From Verrucomicrobiota bacterium (lineage in GTDB: Bacteria; Verrucomicrobiota; Verrucomicrobiia; Opitutales; Coraliomargaritaceae), in contig JBCBZJ010000024.1 in assembly GCA_039815375.1 (NCBI GenBank), positions 1 to 45,171 on the forward strand: a stretch of DNA of 45,171 nucleotides. The letters are read 5' to 3'. This document shows, one piece after another, positions 30,479-38,112 of this stretch. The notes under the pieces are model-generated. The model searched no databases and was not told the origin of the DNA. It saw only the letters and a program-made list of their open reading frames with translations. The stretch's first letter is position 1; the number at the start of each line of letters is the position of its first letter. The position numbers and the translations under genes are program-made.

Positions 30479-31363
30479 ATGGAAACGCCTCCGGTAGATG
30501 CACCGCTCGTCATTGCCTCATTACTGATCCTTGGCATATTGCTGGGCAGTGCTGTGCTTTGGATCCGTCAGGTGCAGAAACCGCGCGATCTGATACTGCC
30601 GAATCAGGGCGTTTCACCCTGGGCGATCGGCTGGGTCAACTTCGGTATTTTCATCTGCGCTATAGTCATTGGCGTCTTTGCTATGCAGCAAATCGGAATT
30701 ACCTTTTTATTGGATTCCGAGGCAGAAGGCCCTTTTGAAATGACACCATGGTTGGCCGTTGCCTCCGTGATTCTACTACAGGGACCTATGGTTGCGGTCT
30801 ATTATCTGGCGCGTCGTTTCTATCCCAGCCACTACGCGGGACGAATGAGCCGTTCAAAGCTCACCTTTAGCGGCTCGTTCAAAAAAGCACTTCCACTGTT
30901 CATCATGCTCCTTCCGGTCATTTGGATCGCAACACTACTGTGGACAAATGTTCTGGCCGGGCTGCAGACTGCGGGAGTTATCGAAGAGATCAATCAGCAG
31001 GAGTTGATCACCCTTTTTAAGGACGGAGGCGATCTCCTCGCCATTATCATCCTTGTCCTGATGGCGATCATTGTCGCTCCTATCGTCGAAGAGATTATTT
31101 TCAGAGGGTGTATTTATCGATTCCTGAAAAGTCAGACAACTATACTGCCGGCTCAAGCGTTAAGCGGAGCAGTCTTTGCCCTCATGCATGCCAACCTGCT
31201 CTCCTTCGTGCCTCTCGTGATCGTCGGTATCCTTCTGGCTCGAATTTACGAGAAGACCGGGAGCTTGACCGTGGCCATCTGGTTCCACGCTTTCTTTAAC
31301 GCCTTTAGCCTAAGTATGCTTTTCATTACTGGTATGTCCGAAGCCCTACCAACCGACTATTGA
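30479..31363 (+). CDS. CPBP/CAAX-family intramembrane metalloprotease
   Basis: Multi-TM protein; APIVEEIIFRG, FALMH, HAFFN motifs. Confidence 0.9.
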   Translation: METPPVDAPLVIASLLILGILLGSAVLWIRQVQKPRDLILPNQGVSPWAIGWVNFGIFICAIVIGVFAMQQIGITFLLDSEAEGPFEMTPWLAVASVILLQGPMVAVYYLARRFYPSHYAGRMSRSKLTFSGSFKKALPLFIMLLPVIWIATLLWTNVLAGLQTAGVIEEINQQELITLFKDGGDLLAIIILVLMAIIVAPIVEEIIFRGCIYRFLKSQTTILPAQALSGAVFALMHANLLSFVPLVIVGILLARIYEKTGSLTVAIWFHAFFNAFSLSMLFITGMSEALPTDY

Positions 31364-32424
31364 TGCCTACACAACACGACGACATCCGCATCGGCGATCG
31401 CCGACCTCTTCTGGCCCCTGCGATCCTCATTGAAGAATTGCCGATCAGTGAAGGAGCCACCACGGTGGTCGCACAGGGCCGAACTGAAAGTGCAGCAATA
31501 CTTTCCGGTGAAGACGACCGCCTCTGTGTGATCGTCGGCCCTTGCTCTATTCACGATCCGGAGGCAGCCATCGAATATGCGACGCGCCTCAAACCACTGC
31601 ATGAAAAGTTCAAGAGCGATCTACAGATCATCATGCGTGTCTACTTCGAAAAACCACGCACCGTTGTCGGTTGGAAAGGGCTCATCAACGACCCGCATCT
31701 CGATGGGAGTTTTGAGATCAACACGGGCCTTCGTATCGGCCGAAAGCTACTCCTCGACATCTGTGAACTTGGTTTGCCGACAGGAGCAGAGTTCCTTGAT
31801 ACTATTATCCCACAGTTCATAGCCGATGTGATCGCCTGGTCCGCGATTGGTGCCCGTACAACCGAGAGCCAAGTGCACCGTGAGCTCGCCTCCGGCCTCT
31901 CCATGCCAGTCGGCTTCAAGAATGGCACCGGCGGAAACGTGCAGATGGCTATCGATGCGGTTCGCTCTGCCCGCCAACCGCACTGGTTCCCCTCAGTTAC
32001 CAAACAGGGGGTCACGGCAATCTTTAAAACGAGCGGCAATCCGACAGCCCATATCATCCTTCGCGGTGGCAGCCGCACCGGTCCAAACTACGAAGCTAAA
32101 GACATCGAACCAATTCTCCAGAGTCTTAAAGAACACGATTTACCGCACAATTTGGTCGTCGATTGTAGCCACGGAAACAGCAACAAAGACTATACCCGAC
32201 AGAGTATAGTCGCCCGGGACCTGGCAGATCAAATTGCGAACGGACAAACCGGTATAGCAGGCCTTATGCTGGAGAGCCACCTTGTGGCCGGCAAACAAAG
32301 CTACAACCCGAATGGAAAAAACACTTACGGCCAAAGCATCACCGATGGCTGTATCGACTTCGAAGAAACCGAAGTAATTCTGGAAGATTTAGCAAAAGCA
32401 GTTCAGAAAAGACGTAGCTTATAA
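31363..32424 (+). CDS. DAHP synthase, class I-alpha (AroF/G/H type)
   Basis: IVGPCSIHD, MRVYFEKPRTVVGWKGLINDP, AIGARTTESQVHRELASGLSMPVGFKN, DCSHGNS, YGQSITDGC. Confidence 0.95.
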   Translation: MPTQHDDIRIGDRRPLLAPAILIEELPISEGATTVVAQGRTESAAILSGEDDRLCVIVGPCSIHDPEAAIEYATRLKPLHEKFKSDLQIIMRVYFEKPRTVVGWKGLINDPHLDGSFEINTGLRIGRKLLLDICELGLPTGAEFLDTIIPQFIADVIAWSAIGARTTESQVHRELASGLSMPVGFKNGTGGNVQMAIDAVRSARQPHWFPSVTKQGVTAIFKTSGNPTAHIILRGGSRTGPNYEAKDIEPILQSLKEHDLPHNLVVDCSHGNSNKDYTRQSIVARDLADQIANGQTGIAGLMLESHLVAGKQSYNPNGKNTYGQSITDGCIDFEETEVILEDLAKAVQKRRSL

Positions 32425-32453
32425 TCCACAGATCGTGCAGATTTAAGCAAGAA

Positions 32454-32549
32454 TTAGGGGCGTCGCTTGCGACGCTCTCGTAAAGATGGCCAGCTCACCC
32501 TGTGGCTGAAACACTTTCCATTGAAGGCGCGGCACGCAGCATCTCTACA
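32454..32549. repeat. Degenerate inverted REP-like pair between convergent genes
   Basis: TTAGGGGCGTCGC-TT-GCGACGCTCT hairpin at left and GGCGCGGCACGCAGCATCTCTACA (ending CTAC) at right. Confidence 0.5.
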
Positions 32550-32568
32550 TGACGCAGTAATCCGCGAT

Positions 32569-33633
32569 TCAAACAGAAACAGCTCTCTGTTTCTTCTTCG
32601 CCTTCAGTTGTCCGCAGCCAGCTGCAACGTCGATACCACGCCGTTGGCGAACGGTGCTGGGTAAGCCCGCGTCCTGAATGATCTGCTGGAAGGCCCGGAC
32701 GTTCGCTTCTTCAGGCGCCTGTCCTTCAAAACCGTCGGTCGGATTCAGTGGGATTAAGTTAACATGGGCATCCATGCCCTTGAGCAGGTCGGCGAGTTTA
32801 CGTGCGTGCTCGGTGCTGTCGTTCACGCCACCAATCAGCGTCCAGGCAAAGAAAACACGCGCGCGCTTAATCGCCGAATATTCGCGGCACGCCTCGATAA
32901 GATCGGAAAGCGGCCACTTCTTGTTGACCGGAATAAGGCGGCCACGCTCTTCGTCGTCGGCCCCATGCAAACTCACTGCAAGTGAGTAACGTTTGGGATG
33001 TCGTGCCAGCTTCAGAATACCCGGAATATGCCCTACCGTGCTTATTGCAACACGGGCCGGACCGATGTTCAGTCCGCGCGTATCTGTCAGGATATCAAGC
33101 GCCTTCATCATCGGTTCGAAATTCGCCATCGGCTCGCCCATACCCATCATAACGATATTTCGAAGGCGTTCGCCATGACTCTTGCGAAGGGCTCGTTCGA
33201 CGTGATGCGCCTGCGCCACAATCTCACCTGTACTCAGGCTCCGCGAATAGCCCATCTGCCCAGTCGCACAGAAGACACAGCCCATCGGACAACCCACCTG
33301 ACTACTCAAACATGCAGTAAAACGCCCCGGAAACCCCATGCGAACAGACTCGACCTCAGCACCGTCACTGAGCCTTAACAGATACTTTTGTGTAAATCCA
33401 TCCTCACTCGGAGTGGTATCCAACTCTTGAATCTCACACAGATCGGGTGCCTCCTTACCCTCAAGCCAACGTTGAACCGGAGGAAGAATACCTTTGGCAG
33501 TTTGTAGACCTTCACGAAGCAACTTGCGCTGCACCACATTGAAAAGAGGACGCGCGTGGACCGGATTCACCCCGGACGCAGTGAGGCAAGATTCCAACTG
33601 CTGATAAGGCAGTCCCTCAAGAGTTGCCGCCAT
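32569..33633 (-). CDS. rlmN: RlmN-family radical SAM RNA methyltransferase
   Basis: CLSSQVGCPMGCVFCATG (CxxxCxxC), MMGMGEP, LAVSLHG, VNLIPLNP, RGIDVAAGCGQL. Confidence 0.9.
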   Translation of the reverse strand: MAATLEGLPYQQLESCLTASGVNPVHARPLFNVVQRKLLREGLQTAKGILPPVQRWLEGKEAPDLCEIQELDTTPSEDGFTQKYLLRLSDGAEVESVRMGFPGRFTACLSSQVGCPMGCVFCATGQMGYSRSLSTGEIVAQAHHVERALRKSHGERLRNIVMMGMGEPMANFEPMMKALDILTDTRGLNIGPARVAISTVGHIPGILKLARHPKRYSLAVSLHGADDEERGRLIPVNKKWPLSDLIEACREYSAIKRARVFFAWTLIGGVNDSTEHARKLADLLKGMDAHVNLIPLNPTDGFEGQAPEEANVRAFQQIIQDAGLPSTVRQRRGIDVAAGCGQLKAKKKQRAVSV

Positions 33634-33648
33634 TAAGTAAAAAGCGAT

Positions 33649-34209
33649 CTAAAGTTGACCGTTCTCACGAGCCTCCAAAGCTTCCAGCTCCGCTTGTGCT
33701 TCGGCGATACGCCTTTGAGCTTCCTGAATACGACGAGCGCGCTCCTGAGATTCCTCAAAAGCTTTTTTCTTCGCAGCCAAGTCAGCCTCAAGGCGTGCTG
33801 CTTCACGCTCAGCAGCGGTGACATCCGATGTGGTGGCAGTTCTTGCAATCGCATCCTGAGCACGTTGCTTCTCCAGGTCCTTGATCTCCTGATCCAGCTT
33901 TTGCTGTGCCTGAACTTCCTGCTCGTATTCGAATTGGCGCTGCGCCTCCGCCGCGGCCAGTTCTTCCTGCCGCTTATCATACTGAGTGCCCGCCGCACCA
34001 CCAATGATACCGCCGATAATCGCTCCAGCGATCTTATTGGTATCGCTGCCGTCGCCCATATTGTTGCCGGCGACCGCACCCGCGATGGCGCCAGCAAGAA
34101 TTCCCGCATTCCGTCCGGTGTTACCACCTGTCCCCGACGAGCTGGACTGGCATCCGGTAAAAAGAAGTGCAAGGGCAAGGAAAGTGGGTGGTAGTAGTTT
34201 TTCCATCAT
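33649..34209 (-). CDS. Glycine-zipper lipoprotein with C-terminal coiled coil
   Basis: Lipobox LFTGC; glycine zippers AGILAGAIAGAVAG and IAGAIIGGIIGGAAG; long Glu/Gln/Ala/Arg heptad-rich tail. Confidence 0.85.
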   Translation of the reverse strand: MMEKLLPPTFLALALLFTGCQSSSSGTGGNTGRNAGILAGAIAGAVAGNNMGDGSDTNKIAGAIIGGIIGGAAGTQYDKRQEELAAAEAQRQFEYEQEVQAQQKLDQEIKDLEKQRAQDAIARTATTSDVTAAEREAARLEADLAAKKKAFEESQERARRIQEAQRRIAEAQAELEALEARENGQL

Positions 34210-34294
34210 AGTTCTAGCAATAAGCGACCTTGCAGAAATTGCAATGCACAGAATACTCAGACTCCTGTCTCAAACTAATAGTTCCTTTTGAAAC

Positions 34295-35197
34295 ATGAGC
34301 CTTAGAAACCCTGAACGCGGCCTTCTTTCCGTAAAAGGCCTGATCTTCTCTCTCGGCCTAATCGCTTCCTTCATCTTTGTTGGCACGATCTATGGCTTCG
34401 TCATCCGGCCCGGAGCCAACAAAGCTGCTCTTGCGAGCAGCTATGGCGTTGATGCAGGCACCTCCCTATCCAGCCTCTTTGTCATCCTCAAAGACTATGA
34501 GCAGCAGATCTGTATCTCACTTTTTCTCTGGGGCGTCATGATACTCGTCTATAAATTCGTGCTCCTTCAGGGCGAAATCAAAGTCGTCAACGAATACGAA
34601 CCTGAGATGCTCGACCAGGCCGAGGACGAGGCATCACCCGGCGGCCGAAGTATCAATCGCGAGGAAGCCCGAGCCATCGCTTCCAAGGTCGATGAAGATG
34701 GCCGGAAAACCGAGCTCCACAACAAACTCCTGCCCTATGTCGTGGCACGGGGGCTCGAACGTTACCACATCACGGGGAGCGTTCCTGAAGCCACCGAAAC
34801 CATGATGGGGCGTATTGAGGTCGCATCGGAACAACAGGAAAGCGAACTCTCCATGCTGCGCTATCTCGTCTGGGCAATTCCGTCGATAGGTTTTATCGGC
34901 ACCGTCCGCGGCATCGGCGTCGCCCTGCGGCGGGCTGACGAAGCGCTTCAGGGCGATATCTCCGGCGTGACTTCAGCACTCGGCGTCGCCTTTAACTCCA
35001 CGCTCGTTGCACTGATCATCAGCATCGTGCTCATGCTCTTGATCCACCTGCTGCAAAGCAGCCAAGAGGGCTTGATTCTTCGCCTTCAAACCTTCTGTCG
35101 TGAACAGATTCTCGATAAACTCTTCGAACAACAAGTGCCCACAGCCCTTCCTCTCGAAGCTGAAGTCATCGAAAAACCTAAGACCGACCAAACCTAA
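34295..35197 (+). CDS. MotA/TolQ/ExbB proton channel family protein
   Basis: RYLVWAIPSIGFIGTVRGIG..ALGVAFNSTLVALIISIVL channel motif, plus two additional N-terminal TM segments. Confidence 0.9.
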   Translation: MSLRNPERGLLSVKGLIFSLGLIASFIFVGTIYGFVIRPGANKAALASSYGVDAGTSLSSLFVILKDYEQQICISLFLWGVMILVYKFVLLQGEIKVVNEYEPEMLDQAEDEASPGGRSINREEARAIASKVDEDGRKTELHNKLLPYVVARGLERYHITGSVPEATETMMGRIEVASEQQESELSMLRYLVWAIPSIGFIGTVRGIGVALRRADEALQGDISGVTSALGVAFNSTLVALIISIVLMLLIHLLQSSQEGLILRLQTFCREQILDKLFEQQVPTALPLEAEVIEKPKTDQT

Positions 35198-35198
35198 A

Positions 35199-36209
35199 AT
35201 GAAGAAACGCCGCGAGGCCCAGAGCTCAGCTCTTTCCTTCATGGACTGCATCTGCTGCGGTTTCGGCGCAGTGCTGCTTCTCTTTATCCTCACCACGAAG
35301 AAGCAAATCATCGCCAGCAGCGAAGAAGCGGATCAATCTCTGGAAGCTGCAGAGACACTTCAGGCCGCGATCGAAGAAACCGAAGCCAAACAGAAAGCAC
35401 TTGAGACTGAAATCGAGGCACTCGATCCGCAAGCTGATACCAACACCACCAGTCTCGCACAACTTGCCGCTGAACAAGAGCGACTCGCCAAGGAAATCGA
35501 AGACCAGGCGGAAGCGCTCAAAGCACTGGAAGCTGAAGTCGAACCAACTAACGCACCTGCATCCCTTGACCGACCCTCTGCTGACCAAAACTATCTTACC
35601 GGCCTCCGCCTTCGTGGTCCACGCGCCGTTATTCTTCTTGAAAGTTCCGGCAGTATGCTTGCCGAAACCGCCGGCGAAGCTGTCTCCATCATACAGCAAG
35701 GCACTGGCCAGAAAGCTAAAAAATGGCTTCGGTCAAAGGAGGCCCTGAAAGCTGTCCTCGCCGCCATTCCCAAGGGCACCAAAGTCGCTGTCCTACAAAT
35801 GGCTGAATCCACCAGCCCAATCAGTGGCACACCCGGCGATCCTTATATCGACCCCTACGACAACGCTGCACTCTTGAGCCTTCTCGACCGATTGGAAAAC
35901 CTGGAAGCAAGTGGTGGTGCAGATCTGGCCAAAGGTCTGCGCACCGTTGCCAACCTCAACGAACGTGCAAGCAGCCTATTACTTATCGGAGACGGTTTGC
36001 CCACCGCACCCGCTCCCCGCGCTGGCCTGACCGAAGCAGACCGCGTGCGTCTCTTTAATCAAGCGATGGCAACACGCCCGAACTACCCGTTCAACGCCAT
36101 ACTCTTCCCCTTCGAAGGGGACCCCTCGGCAGCCGGTCTCTTCTGGCAACTCAGCGGACGCACCAACGGCATCACCCTCATACCGGATAACGACTGGCCT
36201 ACTCTTTGA
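35199..36209 (+). CDS. ExbD/MotB-like TM anchor + coiled coil + vWA domain protein (degenerate MIDAS)
   Basis: MKKRR..SFMDCICCGFGAVLLLFIL (TM with Asp), coiled coil, ILLESSGSM, LLLIGDGLPT, FNAILFPFEGDP. Confidence 0.85.
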   Translation: MKKRREAQSSALSFMDCICCGFGAVLLLFILTTKKQIIASSEEADQSLEAAETLQAAIEETEAKQKALETEIEALDPQADTNTTSLAQLAAEQERLAKEIEDQAEALKALEAEVEPTNAPASLDRPSADQNYLTGLRLRGPRAVILLESSGSMLAETAGEAVSIIQQGTGQKAKKWLRSKEALKAVLAAIPKGTKVAVLQMAESTSPISGTPGDPYIDPYDNAALLSLLDRLENLEASGGADLAKGLRTVANLNERASSLLLIGDGLPTAPAPRAGLTEADRVRLFNQAMATRPNYPFNAILFPFEGDPSAAGLFWQLSGRTNGITLIPDNDWPTL

Positions 36210-37201
36210 TGATCAAGCGCCGCCCCATCGAGGTCTTTAGCCTCTCCTTTCTCGACTGCCTCTGCTGTGGCTTTGGAGCGATTCTCCTGCTCTTCATTCT
36301 CACCATCGGTTCCGGCCCCCATGGCGCTACCAGCGAAGTCGACGTGCCGACGTTACAGGCAATGCGCGAAAAGCTCGCCATGCTCGAAGCCGATGTTGCC
36401 GAAAAAGCTGCCATGCTCGAAGCTGCCATCAACAGCGAAGAAACTAGCCAGGAGCAGGCCCGCATCCTTTCTCTTGTTCAGGAACTCGAATCGCAACTCG
36501 CCAACCTGCTACAGGAATATGAGAGCAAGAAAGCCAACCTCAGCAGCGCGCAGCAAGCCGCTGCCGAAGCAAACCGGCTACTCCAGAGCTTTAAACACGA
36601 AGACCTGCCCCCGGTCGGCCTTCCCTCCGATGCCACCCATGTCGCGTTCATCATCGATACCTCGGGCAGTATGCGCAACCAACTCACCAAGCAGCTCCAC
36701 TTCGCCATTACCGAACAAATTCGCGAGCTCCTCGACAGCCTCCCCGAAGTGAAAAGTATCCAATTTCTCGATACAAGTGGCAACTACATGTTAGCTGGGC
36801 GGAGAGGCTACTGGTTACCCGACACACAAGGCCTCCGGCAGCAGGCGCTTCGCCAGATTCTGAGCTACCCCGGCCAAAGTGTCAGCGATCCTGAACCCGG
36901 AGTCCGCCGCTCGATACGCGACCTTTACCCTCCACTCAACCCTGAGGACAAGATGAGTATCTACGTCATTGGCGACGACTTTCGCGGCTCCACTCAGAGC
37001 TTCCTCGTCAAGCTCGACCGCCTGAACCCTCGCGACCCATCCACCGGTAAACGCCCGGTTTCCATCAGCGCCATCGGCTTCCCCACCCTGATCAACCCGT
37101 TCCAAATCGGTGCCCCTCAAGGCAACGCCCGCTTCGCCAACATCATGCGCGAAATCGCCGAAGCCCACGACGGTGTCTTGATTTTAAAGCCCAGAATCTA
37201 A
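36209..37201 (+). CDS. ExbD/MotB-like TM anchor + coiled coil + vWA domain protein (canonical MIDAS)
   Basis: MIKRR..SFLDCLCCGFGAILLLFIL, coiled coil, FIIDTSGSM (DxSxS), SIYVIGDDF, ISAIGFP; TGATG overlap with the previous gene. Confidence 0.85.
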   Translation: MIKRRPIEVFSLSFLDCLCCGFGAILLLFILTIGSGPHGATSEVDVPTLQAMREKLAMLEADVAEKAAMLEAAINSEETSQEQARILSLVQELESQLANLLQEYESKKANLSSAQQAAAEANRLLQSFKHEDLPPVGLPSDATHVAFIIDTSGSMRNQLTKQLHFAITEQIRELLDSLPEVKSIQFLDTSGNYMLAGRRGYWLPDTQGLRQQALRQILSYPGQSVSDPEPGVRRSIRDLYPPLNPEDKMSIYVIGDDFRGSTQSFLVKLDRLNPRDPSTGKRPVSISAIGFPTLINPFQIGAPQGNARFANIMREIAEAHDGVLILKPRI

Positions 37202-37634
37202 GAAACCCTTTCGAGGGCACTGATCTGCCCTCTTAAACCTAGGCAGTTGCAAGTTCGAATTCTTAACATAGCTGCAACAGTCGCATCCCTACCGTTTTCG
37301 AAATTAAAGCTCTTCATTGACTTGTGGGAGTGGACATCGGTTAACAGGGACAGCACATTTGAGGAGGGGTTTGTGTTGGGTGTCTGAGTTAACTTTCCTT
37401 CGTTAGAATATCGCCACTTCGAAATCTCAGAGAAATTTATGCCGTTGAGCGACTTGGTAAATCCAGCCGCTCTGCTAAATGGATCGAGTAGCAAGAAGAC
37501 AGATAAAGAAGGGTTCATCCGCAAGAAGCTGTTGCAAGCGCTTCATCTAAATTGGCATCACTGGAACACATGCTAATGGTTGGCTTGTGTGTTCATTTTT
37601 TTTGGCCCCTCCGTGAGTCTGTTTTTTAAGTCCC

Positions 37635-38102
37635 TCATTTAATTGTAAACTCGTAGCTCAAATTTTCAAAAATAGAGCCAAAGAGAGCATCAAAGTTTAT
37701 TTCGCTAATAAAGTCGGACGAGTCCAACAGCGTGATTCGGTTATCTCCAGTATCATAATAAATGGAAGTGTAATAGCTATCACCACAATCTTCTATCACA
37801 TGACAATGAACCTTTTTCTGTGGGTCTAAATTAACAGTTTTTGTCGTTTCAAAAAAACTAACTACTTGTTCATCTTTAGAGAATAGAACTTTACTTCTCA
37901 ATGGTCTCAACAATCCAACCAAAGGCAACAAACCGAATAAAGAATAGATTCTACTTAGCTCAAAGAAAGGCGCTAAAATGAAGAACAAAGCGAAAAGGAG
38001 AGAGGCAAGAATTACGGTTGGTCGTGTAAATTCCTTTCTACCCTTCGTTCTTATAAGATTTTTATCAGCATCGTAACAATAATCTGTCAGATATACTTTC
38101 AC
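37635..38102 (-). CDS. Putative Rhs immunity protein, two TM segments
   Basis: AT-rich ORF; GTG 38102 lies 10 nt after the Rhs stop; hydrophobic hairpin VILASLLFALFFILAPFF / IYSLFGLLPLVGLL followed by a beta-rich soluble part. The immunity role is inferred from position only. Confidence 0.65.
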   Translation of the reverse strand: MKVYLTDYCYDADKNLIRTKGRKEFTRPTVILASLLFALFFILAPFFELSRIYSLFGLLPLVGLLRPLRSKVLFSKDEQVVSFFETTKTVNLDPQKKVHCHVIEDCGDSYYTSIYYDTGDNRITLLDSSDFISEINFDALFGSIFENLSYEFTIK

Positions 38103-38112
38103 CGCGTTACTT

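Noticed and set aside
32569..33633. Possible Cfr-type resistance methyltransferase
   Set aside because: Motifs fit generic RlmN and I see nothing Cfr-specific; a phylogeny would be needed.
34295..37201. Zorya (ZorAB) defence system
   Set aside because: The MotA homolog lacks the long ZorA tail, the partners carry vWA rather than OmpA-like domains, and no zorC/D/E is adjacent. The SNF2 gene is about 28 kb away.
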